From: Candidatus Eiseniibacteriota bacterium
GTDB taxonomy: Bacteria > Eisenbacteria > RBG-16-71-46 > CAZAMP01
NCBI GenBank assembly: GCA_965224245.1
Contig: OZ245046.1
Span: 3,744,001 to 3,808,000 of the forward strand
Reading direction: 5' to 3'
DNA: 64,000 nt
The notes beneath the pieces are model-generated. The model saw nothing but the letters and a program-made list of their open reading frames with translations, ran no database searches and was not told the DNA's origin. This document shows, in pieces, positions 1-9,080 of this stretch. Position 1 is the first letter of the stretch; the number at the start of each line of letters is the position of its first letter. The translations under genes were made by a program, and so were the position numbers.

Positions 1-701
1 AGATCGAGCTCGCGTCGGGCGCGATCACCCGGCTCACCGACGACGATGCCGACGAGCACAGCCCGGCCTGGTCACCCGACGGCGTGCGGCTGGCGTACTC
101 CGACGGAGACGGCGTCCTCGTGTGGACGATCGACGGGGAGCGTCCGCGGCGGCTCGTCACCCTCGACGGCGGGGCCGAGTACGTGACGTGGACGCGGGAC
201 GGACGGGTCGCCTACCAGGCCCGATCGGTTCGCGGCAGGGGTCTCGTCGCCATCGATCCTGACCGCCCCGGATCCGAGCCGGTCGCCCTCGTCGAAGGCG
301 CGACCGGCGCGACGCTCTTCCAGCATGCCTGGTCGCCGGACGGACGTGTCCTCGCGGCGGCCGGCAACCGCTCGGCGTCGGGCGACCTTCGCGTGTGGCG
401 CCTCGACCTGTCGGACGGCGTCGAGCATCTACTCTACGACGGATGGGCGGCTCCGGTGGCCTGGTCGAGTGACGGGCGCCGCGTGTACCTGGTGACCGAC
501 GATCCGGCCCTCCGGTCGTCGGCGGCGTCGGTGTTCCTCAGCGTCCCCGCGGACGGCGGCGCCGGCGAGACGCTCTTCGAGCTGCCCGGCCGGGTGGCCG
601 GCTGGTGGAACGTCTCGATGAGCGCGGATGGACGGCGCATCATCGCGGCGATCGCGAATCGCAGCGAGGACGTCTGGCTCCTGGACGGGCTCGCGCTGTG
701 A
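1..701 (+). CDS. C-terminal part of a PD40/TolB-like beta-propeller protein (5' end outside window; possibly a Ser/Thr kinase-TolB fusion)
   Basis: Repeated 'WSPDG/WSSDG/SADG' PD40 motifs; the frame is open from the window edge; stop TGA at 699-701 overlaps the next GTG. Confidence 0.75.
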   Translation, partial: IELASGAITRLTDDDADEHSPAWSPDGVRLAYSDGDGVLVWTIDGERPRRLVTLDGGAEYVTWTRDGRVAYQARSVRGRGLVAIDPDRPGSEPVALVEGATGATLFQHAWSPDGRVLAAAGNRSASGDLRVWRLDLSDGVEHLLYDGWAAPVAWSSDGRRVYLVTDDPALRSSAASVFLSVPADGGAGETLFELPGRVAGWWNVSMSADGRRIIAAIANRSEDVWLLDGLAL

Positions 702-1300
702 GCCGCGACGACACCGGGCCCGGAGCGGCCGACCCGGGCGCGGGACCGCCGGAGGTGCCGCCCTCTCCGACGGTCGAGGATCTGGTACCGGATCTCTACC
801 ACGAGCTCAAGCGCCTGGCGCGTTCGATGATGCGAGGCGAGCGAAACGACCACACCCTCCAGACGACCGGGCTCGTGAACGAAGCCTGTCTTCGGATGTT
901 GCGCCTTCGCGAGGTCGCGCCGTCGGATCGCCGCGCGTTCTTCGCGATGGCCGCACGAGTCATGCGCCGCGTGCTCGTCGACTACGCGCGGCGCCGAAAC
1001 GCCGGGAAGCGGTGGCCGGCCGCCGAGCGGGTCGCGTTCGATCGCATCGAGGAGGAGGCAGGCTCGTTCTTCGGCTATCCGAACCTCCAGTTCACCGAGC
1101 TCGAGGACGCCCTGATCCGCCTGTCGGACGCGCATCCGAGGCAGGGCCACGTCGTGGAGCTGCTCTACTTCGTCGGGCTCACGCAGGCCGAGGCGAGCGC
1201 GGTGCTGGGCGTGACGACCCGCACCGTCGAACGGGACTGGCGCTTCGCCCGCCTCTGGCTAATCGACGCGATGCTGGACGCGACCGAGCGCGCACCCTGA
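698..1300 (+). CDS. ECF-type RNA polymerase sigma factor (TIGR02999-like)
   Basis: 'LYHELKRLA...HTLQTTGLVNEACLR...RAFFAMAARVMRRVLVDYAR...VVELLYFVGLTQAEASAVLGVTTRTVERDWRFARLWL'; GTG at 698 forms a GTGA overlap. Confidence 0.9.
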   Translation: MSRDDTGPGAADPGAGPPEVPPSPTVEDLVPDLYHELKRLARSMMRGERNDHTLQTTGLVNEACLRMLRLREVAPSDRRAFFAMAARVMRRVLVDYARRRNAGKRWPAAERVAFDRIEEEAGSFFGYPNLQFTELEDALIRLSDAHPRQGHVVELLYFVGLTQAEASAVLGVTTRTVERDWRFARLWLIDAMLDATERAP

Positions 1301-1347
1301 ACGTGAGGACGTTCACGCCAGCAGTGCGCGCGCGTGCCGGTGCGGAC

Positions 1348-2985
1348 CTACTTCTTGCGGCGCTCCCGGCGATCCGGCGCCGTATCGGGGTAGAACGAGT
1401 CGGCGCCGTCGTGCCACGACTCCCAGCCATCGTTGGTGCCCGGGGTCTCGAACCGGTTGATGCTGGTCAGGCCGGCCCCGCTCGAGGTCACCGTGAAGTC
1501 GAACACGTGCCAGTACTCGGTCTCGGTCCCGCGGGCGGTGGCCGCGTCGAACGTCCGGGTCTGACCGCCGATCTCGGCCCGCACGATCGTGGGTGACGAC
1601 TTCATGCTGCCCTCGTCGGAGTAGCGCTGCACCCAGTACTCGTACTTCCCCGGATACGCACGGAAGCTCGAGATGATCTCGGGGCCGAACGATCCGGTGT
1701 CGTCGGTGTCGATGAGCGTGAACGGATCGTCGGCGAGATCACCCTCGTTGTAGTAGCAGACGTGATAGTAGTCGTAGTTCAGCCCATCGATCGACCAGTC
1801 GACGGGGATGAAGAGGTGGGCGTCGAGATCGTCGGGGACCTCGCCCCAGCTCAGCGTGATCGTGAAGGCCGGCTCGAGCAGCGTCAGCGTCTTCGCCAGC
1901 TCGACCGGACACTCGGTGCCGAGGATCGCCTGCGCGGGATCGCTCGCGTAGCTTCCCTTGATGGCGTACACCTCGGCCGAGGAGTTCAGCATGGCGCGTA
2001 CGTCGAAGCGGCCGGCCGCGTCGGTGTAGGCCTCGTCCAGGAAGGCCACCGAGATCCCGCGCGAGAACACCCGGGCATCCATGACGGGCGCCCCCTGTGC
2101 GCTCACGACGGTTCCCGTGATCGAGCAGATCTCCTCGATCGGCAGGTCCCAGTTCCAGATCGTGAAGTGCTCGACGTCGGCGGTGTAGCCCCCCCCGTCG
2201 AGCGTGGCGGCGCCCTCCTCGATCCAGACCCCCTCGGTCTCGTCGAAGTACCACATTGGAACGCTCTCGGGCATTCCGGCCAGGGGCCCGTCCACGACGT
2301 CCAGTCGCAGCTCCGCGGACGCACCGTCGTCGAGCGCCAGCGCCGCGCCGGTCGCCGCGTCGGTGATCGCGACCGACATGTACCCGAACGACTGGAACGG
2401 CACGACCGAGCCGTCGGTGCGGCGCCCCTCGAACCGGCCCGAGAAGCCGTCGAGGAATCCGGCCTCCTCGGGCAGCGACGCCAGCATCGAGACCTCCGCG
2501 TCGCCGTCGAACGCCGCTCCGCTCGCGGTGACCAGCGTGCCCGCGCCGAACACGACCGTGCCGACGCCGTTGCCGGTCGCGACCTCGGCGCCGGTCGCGG
2601 CATCGAACACCTCGGTCTCGATCGGCAGGAGCACGACGTGCTCGAGATGGGTCGTCTGCGCGTCCAGCACGGAGATCGACCGGTACGTGGGCGCGTATCC
2701 GTCGCTCTCGACCGACACCACCACGTCACCGGCGCCGATGTCGCCGAGCACGAAGTACCCCTCCTCGTTCGTCCGCGTGCTCTTCGTGCCGACGCGGACC
2801 TCGGCGTTCTCCAGCCCGCCGGAGGTGGTTTCCACCACGCCGCTGACCGTGCCGCGCGGCACCGCGGGCGTGTCGGGGCCCGAGGGCTTGTCGTCGTCCG
2901 AGCACGCGACGACCAGGAGCGACGCGAACGTGACGAGGGTGAAGGAACGTACCAGGCCGATGCCCGATTGCGTGACGTGGTTCAT
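1348..2985 (-). CDS. Lipoprotein with carboxypeptidase-regulatory-like domains and a C-terminal YfaP/DUF2135-like domain
   Basis: Start MNHVTQ with GGGGGA RBS; lipobox 'LVVAC'; 'TNEEGYFVL', 'HFTIWNWD', 'DLDAHL...DTDDTGSFGPEII'. Confidence 0.7.
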   Translation of the reverse strand: MNHVTQSGIGLVRSFTLVTFASLLVVACSDDDKPSGPDTPAVPRGTVSGVVETTSGGLENAEVRVGTKSTRTNEEGYFVLGDIGAGDVVVSVESDGYAPTYRSISVLDAQTTHLEHVVLLPIETEVFDAATGAEVATGNGVGTVVFGAGTLVTASGAAFDGDAEVSMLASLPEEAGFLDGFSGRFEGRRTDGSVVPFQSFGYMSVAITDAATGAALALDDGASAELRLDVVDGPLAGMPESVPMWYFDETEGVWIEEGAATLDGGGYTADVEHFTIWNWDLPIEEICSITGTVVSAQGAPVMDARVFSRGISVAFLDEAYTDAAGRFDVRAMLNSSAEVYAIKGSYASDPAQAILGTECPVELAKTLTLLEPAFTITLSWGEVPDDLDAHLFIPVDWSIDGLNYDYYHVCYYNEGDLADDPFTLIDTDDTGSFGPEIISSFRAYPGKYEYWVQRYSDEGSMKSSPTIVRAEIGGQTRTFDAATARGTETEYWHVFDFTVTSSGAGLTSINRFETPGTNDGWESWHDGADSFYPDTAPDRRERRKK

Positions 2986-3231
2986 CGAATTCCCCCGCGT
3001 TGGCCGGATACCGGTGCGATCGCACCTCGAGGATCCGGCGGTCACGTCGTCCGAGGGCGTCCCGTCGCTCGGATGACGCGGCGATGCTGCGATCAGTTCA
3101 CGCGAGCCCATGCGTCCGGTGTCGAGATGGGAACGCCGCCGGCCGTTGCTCGCACGCGGACGCATCTTACGCCAGTCGCCCGCGAGACGAGACAGAATTC
3201 GCGGCGGAGCCTCGGCGCGTCGACTCGACGA

Positions 3232-5688
3232 TCAGCGCAGGATGACGATCGACCGCCGGGACGATGCGCGCCCCACGCGGAGCTCTAGCACGTATCGGCC
3301 CGGTGCCACCGCGCGACCGGCGTGGTCCCGGCCGTCCCACGACAGCACGGACGCTCCCCCGGGCAGCGCCCGATCCACGAGCACGGCCACGCGGCGACCG
3401 GCCACGTCGTACACGGTCAGGCGTGCGGCGCCGGCGCCCTCGGGCACGGTGAAGGGTATGACGGCCCGCGCCCCGAAGGGATTGGGGGCGACCGGTCCCA
3501 GGCGCGGCACGCTCGGAGGCTCGATGGGCGCGACGTCGGGGGGATCGCCGTCGATCGGCGTGTAGTCGATCGGCACGAGGAGGTCGGCCCCCGAGAACAC
3601 CTCGACGTCGTCGATTCCGGCCTCCACGATCGACGGCGCGCCGCGATCGGCCACGACGAACCGCACCTGCATCGTGCTGGTGACGTCGGCGTAGCGCCAG
3701 AGCTCGTAGTTGATCTGCGTCCACGTCCGGTCACCCTCCGACCGCGTCTCGATCTCCGACCACGTCGCGCCCCCGTCGCTGGAGACGCTGACGATCAGCG
3801 CGTCGCCGTCGGGCGACTCTCCGGCCGCGCTCGCCTCCAGCTCCAGCCAGCGGTAGTAACGGAAGATCGGATCGACGACGCCGGAGAGATCGAGGACCGG
3901 GCTGGTCAGCGTGGTCTGGCCGCCGTCCACGTCGGCGGCGTCGAGCCAGTCGCCCTCGGTGCCGTTGCCGGTGATGAACGCGTTCACGAAGGGTCCGGGC
4001 GTGTCGTCGCGGTCGGACTGCACGTCGCCCGCACCGGACCCGACCGGTGCCGCACGCTCCCAGACGCCGGCGGTCGCGTCGTCGCCCGGCGAGCCCACGG
4101 TCCAGCCGCGATCGGATTCGAAGGAGTCGAAGAACGCCGCGCCGGGCAGCGTGACGTCGCGCCGCATGTCCTGGCCGGCCTCGACCGCGATCTCGAACTG
4201 CACCGGCGTCCACCCGAACCGATCCACCTCGACCACCCACACGCGGGCAGGCACGTCCTCGATCGCGTAGGACACGAAGGACGGCACCGAGACCCCGGTG
4301 CCCAGAAGCCGGACGTACGTTCCGTCGGGTGCCCGGGAGGCGCCCCCGATCCTCTCCCCGGCCATCGCGGGCATGGCCGGTGCGAGCGCGCCGAGCTCGA
4401 TCGATCCGTGGAACGACCCCGTCGGTCTCCGCTCGAGCGTGATGTCGAGGACCACGTCGTCCAGTGCGCTGGACTCGACGTGCCGCGATCGATGCCCGAA
4501 CGCGGCCACGTCGAACGCGAACGCGCCCGGCGAGACCGAGATCGCATACACGCCGTTCGGGTTCGTCGTGGCCATCCGCTCGCTCCCGGCGACCTGGACG
4601 AGCGCATCGGGAACCGGCTCCCCGGAATCGCTCCGGACGACGCCGCTGACGCTCACCCGGAGCGGTCCCACCTCGGCGATGCGCAGCCCCATCGCGTCCA
4701 GCAACACCACGTGACGGCCCGCCGGGGTGACGGCCGCCTCCAGCGCGACCACCGGCAGGCCATCCCGGAGCGCCACGCTCGAGACGCGCTCCGGATGGGC
4801 GGGATCGGATACGTCGAGAACCTCCACGCCGGCCGCGCCCCACGAGACGAACGCGAGCGACCCGACCACCGAGACGTCGAGGGCGGTCGCGCCGGGCGGT
4901 CCGACCCGGGCCTGGATGATCGACCAGTCCTCGGTGGAGGTCGCGTCGAGCACCATCAGCCGGGCCGGATCGGTGCCCCCGTCGACCACGAACGCGGTGC
5001 GATCGGCGTTCAGGTGCACCGCCACCGGCGCCATCGATGGGTACGTGCACCACCCGTTCAGACGCAGGCGATCGGAGCCCGTCGCGACGTCGATGACGGC
5101 GATCCCACCCGCGGCGAGACCGAGCGCCCGCGCGCCGGTCTGCACCAGCCGCGTGATCGCGGCCTCCGCGAACACCGGCGGGTCCTGCTCCACGGGATCG
5201 GAGGGATCGAACACCGCGAACGCGCGGAGCCCCTCGGGGGTGGCAGCGTAGAGGAACCCGAAGGGATCGCAGGCCAGATCGGTCGCCGACTCGAGGAGTC
5301 CGTCGGGAAGGGTGTCGACGAGCGCCGGGGTCGTGCACCCCACGAGACGATCCAGTCCGCCCCCCGTGGACGACGCGGAGAAGTAGCCGACCTCGCAGGG
5401 GATGACCACCCGGCGATCGGACGCCGGAAGCGCCACCGTCGCGCTGTCGGCCGGGGCGGCGGGGTCGGTCCAGTCGACGAACACGATTCCGTCGGCGGTG
5501 CCGACGGCGGCCGTGACGCAGTCCCCGGAGAGCACGAGCGTCTGGCCGCCGGTGATCGGAAGCTCGCCCACGATGGCCAGCGTGTCGGCGCCCGCGCTCG
5601 CCGAGGACGTCGCCGCCGATGCCGATGCCGTGATGCCGGCCGCGACCATCGCCGCGCCGAGGTGGAGCCGTGCCGCGTGCCTCGTCAT
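3232..5688 (-). CDS. Secreted multi-domain protein (LVIVD-like repeats, carboxypeptidase-regulatory-like, jelly-roll domain, C-terminal FlgD-Ig)
   Basis: Signal peptide MTRHAARL...ASA; 'GVEVLDVSDPAHP'; C-terminus 'APNPF...VYDVAGRRV...WDGRDHAGRAVAPGRY...IVILR'. Confidence 0.75.
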   Translation of the reverse strand: MTRHAARLHLGAAMVAAGITASASAATSSASAGADTLAIVGELPITGGQTLVLSGDCVTAAVGTADGIVFVDWTDPAAPADSATVALPASDRRVVIPCEVGYFSASSTGGGLDRLVGCTTPALVDTLPDGLLESATDLACDPFGFLYAATPEGLRAFAVFDPSDPVEQDPPVFAEAAITRLVQTGARALGLAAGGIAVIDVATGSDRLRLNGWCTYPSMAPVAVHLNADRTAFVVDGGTDPARLMVLDATSTEDWSIIQARVGPPGATALDVSVVGSLAFVSWGAAGVEVLDVSDPAHPERVSSVALRDGLPVVALEAAVTPAGRHVVLLDAMGLRIAEVGPLRVSVSGVVRSDSGEPVPDALVQVAGSERMATTNPNGVYAISVSPGAFAFDVAAFGHRSRHVESSALDDVVLDITLERRPTGSFHGSIELGALAPAMPAMAGERIGGASRAPDGTYVRLLGTGVSVPSFVSYAIEDVPARVWVVEVDRFGWTPVQFEIAVEAGQDMRRDVTLPGAAFFDSFESDRGWTVGSPGDDATAGVWERAAPVGSGAGDVQSDRDDTPGPFVNAFITGNGTEGDWLDAADVDGGQTTLTSPVLDLSGVVDPIFRYYRWLELEASAAGESPDGDALIVSVSSDGGATWSEIETRSEGDRTWTQINYELWRYADVTSTMQVRFVVADRGAPSIVEAGIDDVEVFSGADLLVPIDYTPIDGDPPDVAPIEPPSVPRLGPVAPNPFGARAVIPFTVPEGAGAARLTVYDVAGRRVAVLVDRALPGGASVLSWDGRDHAGRAVAPGRYVLELRVGRASSRRSIVILR

Positions 5689-5804
5689 GTCATCCCCCGT
5701 CGGCGGTTCCCGACGGCACCGCCGGACCCAGCGCCCGCCTCGTCGCGGACCCCGATCCGGTCGCCACCCCGATGACGACCGGGGCACGGTCGTCGTCTCG
5801 TTCG

Positions 5805-7379
5805 TCAGCCGGCCATCCCATCGCGCGCGTCCATCGTCATGCGCCCGTCGACGCGCGCATCGATCGTGCCGGCCTTCCGCACGGCGTCCTCGATCACGTC
5901 GGCCACGCGCGCGCCGAGGTTCTCCGTCCGGCGCGGCACGAAGCCGAGGTAGCGCTCCGCGTTGCCGACGGCCACGTAGTCCACGCTGGCCCCGGTGTAC
6001 ACGCGCTCGGGATCCACCGGCTCACCGCCGACCGTCACGTCCAGTAGCTCGACGTCGTCGCCGTCGACCGCGTAGCGGTAGCGAAGCCCGGCGATCTGCA
6101 GGATCCCGTGCGTCTCGAACGCCGCCGCGCGAGCGTTCTCCCGGGCGAGCAGCATCAGCTCGGCCCCGGTGCATCCGAAGGTCGTGACCACGTTGTCGAA
6201 CGGAAGGATCTCCTGCACGTCCAGCCGCGTGATCGGCCCCACGGAGAGGTCCTTGCGGATCCCGCCGGAGTTCAGCACACCAAAATCGGCCTCGGAGAAC
6301 ACGCGCACCTGCTCGGCCAGCCAGTTGCCGATGTTGGACTCGGCGTGATACTCGCGCCGCCAGGCGGTGGCCAGGCGGCCGATCACGGCGCCGAAGTCCT
6401 CGGTGATCTTCGCCTCCCAGCGCGCGACGAGCGAGCGAAGCTCGGGATCCCCTCCGTCGCGCGGCCACAGCTCGATCAGCTCACCGGTGTGCGAGATGAC
6501 CCGATCCTGTTCGACCACGAGATCGAGCCGACCCAGGTTCCGGTTGTGCGCACCGGCCTGCACGATGATCACGCCGTTCTCGACCGCCGGATCGGAGAGT
6601 CGCGTGTGGCTGTGCCCGCCGACGATCACGTCGACACCGGCCACCTCTCGCGCGAGCTGCCGGTCCCCGTCCACGCCGATGTGGGTGAGGAGCACGATCA
6701 GGTCGGTACGATCGTCGATGGCGGCCACGGCCTTCCGGGCCTCCTCGACCATCGACGTGACCTTCGTGCCCGCCAGCATCCGGGGCGCGGCCACGCCGTA
6801 GAGATCCTCGGTCATCAGCCCCACGATCCCGACCCGCACCCCACCGCGCTCGACGATGGTGTACGGGGCCCCGGCCGTGAGCCCGCCCCGCGGTCGATAC
6901 ACGTTGGCACACAGGAACGGCGCCTCGATCCGACCCGCGAGCTCCTCCAGCGCTTCCAGGCCGTGATCGAACTCGTGGTTGCCCAGGCAGATCGCGTCGT
7001 AGTCGAGCGCGTTCATCATGTCCACGAGCGCGCCGCCCTCGACCCCGCCGACCTCGTAGTCGCAGATGGGGTTGCCGGTCATGAAGTCGCCGGCGTCCAC
7101 GAGGATGGACGGTCCCTTGGCGCGCTCCTCGACCACGTACGCCGACAGGTTCGCCATGCCCCCGATGGGCGGGTTGCCGTCGCGCCAGGTGGCCGGCGTC
7201 GTGGTGAACTTCCCGTGAATGTCGTTGGTGTGGAGGATCGTGAGCGATCGGGGACCCGAGTAGCGGGGCTGGGAGCTGCAGCCGACGAGGGCGGCCACGG
7301 CGGTCGTGACGAGCGCGATGCACAGTACTCGAACCGGGTGTGAACGACGGATCATCGAGAGTCCTAGGGTCGGGTTCAT
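5805..7379 (-). CDS. Bifunctional UDP-sugar hydrolase/5'-nucleotidase family lipoprotein
   Basis: 'ILHTNDIHG', 'DAGDF', 'GNHEFD', 'GGHSH', 'NSGGIR', 'ILPFDN'; lipobox 'LVGC'. Confidence 0.92.
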   Translation of the reverse strand: MNPTLGLSMIRRSHPVRVLCIALVTTAVAALVGCSSQPRYSGPRSLTILHTNDIHGKFTTTPATWRDGNPPIGGMANLSAYVVEERAKGPSILVDAGDFMTGNPICDYEVGGVEGGALVDMMNALDYDAICLGNHEFDHGLEALEELAGRIEAPFLCANVYRPRGGLTAGAPYTIVERGGVRVGIVGLMTEDLYGVAAPRMLAGTKVTSMVEEARKAVAAIDDRTDLIVLLTHIGVDGDRQLAREVAGVDVIVGGHSHTRLSDPAVENGVIIVQAGAHNRNLGRLDLVVEQDRVISHTGELIELWPRDGGDPELRSLVARWEAKITEDFGAVIGRLATAWRREYHAESNIGNWLAEQVRVFSEADFGVLNSGGIRKDLSVGPITRLDVQEILPFDNVVTTFGCTGAELMLLARENARAAAFETHGILQIAGLRYRYAVDGDDVELLDVTVGGEPVDPERVYTGASVDYVAVGNAERYLGFVPRRTENLGARVADVIEDAVRKAGTIDARVDGRMTMDARDGMAG

Positions 7380-7637
7380 GGGGGCCGCGACGGGCGCGGC
7401 GTGTGGAGAATGATCGCCGAGGAGAATACAGATCCTCGCGCGAGGTGGTCAACGAACCCGGGGGCCGATCCGTGGTCCGGGCCGCGCTCGAACCCCGGGT
7501 CGAGATGCCGCTTCTCGACGCCCTGACGGCAGACGATGGACGCCGCGCGACGCGTCCTCGGCACTCAGCGCGCCGGCAGTGGCCTATATCATTCTACTGC
7601 AATCACTTGGACCGATCGACGAGTGTCCGTCTCGCAC

Positions 7638-9080
7638 TCAGAACAGCACGAGCTTGACGCTCGCCTCGCGGCCGGCCAGACGCGCCTGGAAAAAATAGAC
7701 GCCGCTCGCCAGGTCCGCCAGGTCGAACCCGAGCCGGTTGACTCCCCGGTCCACCGACAACTCCCGCTGGAGCAGGATGCGCCCGGTCGGGGCCACGATC
7801 CGCCCCACGGCCGTCGTCCGGATCGGACTCTCGAGCCGGAAGGTCACCACCCTCGACCGCGTCGGGTTGCCGATGGTGGACAGCCCGAGCTCGACAGGGG
7901 GCAGCTCCACGAGCGCGGGGCGCCGGCAGATGCGAGCGTCCAGCCCGGTCCACGTCCGTTGCCAGCCGACGACGATGCCGCCGTCGCGGGCCAGCGCGAT
8001 GCTCGTGTGCGTGTTCGGGTCCCGCAGGAAGTGTTGCGAGAGTCCGCAGGTGAGGGTGTCCGGAGCCGACCATGTCATCCCGGCATCCTCGGTCGTGAGT
8101 CGAATGAGCTTCGCCCGACCGATGATCGACCCCCCACCGTCCCGAAGATCCGTGTTGCCGAGGACGTGCCAGTGACGCTCCGACTCCATTGCGATCTCCG
8201 GGTAAATCCAGACGTCCGTGTGCGGAGGACTGACGTCCAGTCGCCTCCAGTGGTCGCCATGGTCCGCGGAGTACTGGAGAGCCACGTCGTCATATGGCGA
8301 CGCGGCGAGCAGCACCGCCTTGCGGTAGGTCGCGATGCGGGTCTCGGAATATCCGAGCTCGCTGAACTCGAAGCTCCGGACCTCCGTCCAGCTGCGACCC
8401 TCGTCGGAGGATCGGAACAGGAACACGTTCGACGTCGAGCCCTCCGGGACCCCACGGAAGAGGCAGTAGAGGATCTCGTCCGCAGAGGCGAGCCGCGGCC
8501 GGGTGGCCCCGCTGTCGCCCCAGGGCACCGTCCCGATGCGTCCGATGTCGACCCAGGACGAGGCGTCCTCCGAGACCTCGAAGACGTGCACGGTGTGATC
8601 CGGCACGAGTGGGGCGACGGCCACCAGACCGGCCGGCGTCATCGCGATGTCCGAGATGATCGCGGCGTCCAGCACACGAGGCGTGTACTGCACGTGTCCC
8701 GTGCGGGGGTCCACGGCGGCGGCGTCGATCCAGTTGTCGTACCCCCCCACGTCGTTCCAGGCGACCACGAGGTGATCATCGGTCGCCGTCACTCTTGGCG
8801 CGATGAGCGCGCGATTCCATACGCGCTCGTGCAGTGCGATTGGCGCGGCCGCCACCGAATCCTCATCCAGCTCGACGACGACCACCTGTGAGGTCAGCCC
8901 ACTGAAAGCAACGTACGCAACGAACTCGCCGAGCGACGACACAGATATGATCGGGTCGCGACCTGCGCGTCGGTCAAAGGGTCCTGCGGTGAAGCTGCAC
9001 TGCGCGGCTTCGGCGGCCGCAGAGGCCGCGCAGGCGGTAGTCGCAACGACGAACGCCGCGCTAACGCAGTACGACCGCAC
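7638..9080 (-). CDS. Secreted BNR/Asp-box (sialidase-like) protein with T9SS-like C-terminal domain
   Basis: Asp boxes 'SSDEGRSW', 'SADHGDHW', 'TEDAGMTW'; C-terminus 'NPTRS...DLASGVYF...KLVLF'; N-terminal signal peptide. Confidence 0.7.
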   Translation of the reverse strand: MRSYCVSAAFVVATTACAASAAAEAAQCSFTAGPFDRRAGRDPIISVSSLGEFVAYVAFSGLTSQVVVVELDEDSVAAAPIALHERVWNRALIAPRVTATDDHLVVAWNDVGGYDNWIDAAAVDPRTGHVQYTPRVLDAAIISDIAMTPAGLVAVAPLVPDHTVHVFEVSEDASSWVDIGRIGTVPWGDSGATRPRLASADEILYCLFRGVPEGSTSNVFLFRSSDEGRSWTEVRSFEFSELGYSETRIATYRKAVLLAASPYDDVALQYSADHGDHWRRLDVSPPHTDVWIYPEIAMESERHWHVLGNTDLRDGGGSIIGRAKLIRLTTEDAGMTWSAPDTLTCGLSQHFLRDPNTHTSIALARDGGIVVGWQRTWTGLDARICRRPALVELPPVELGLSTIGNPTRSRVVTFRLESPIRTTAVGRIVAPTGRILLQRELSVDRGVNRLGFDLADLASGVYFFQARLAGREASVKLVLF

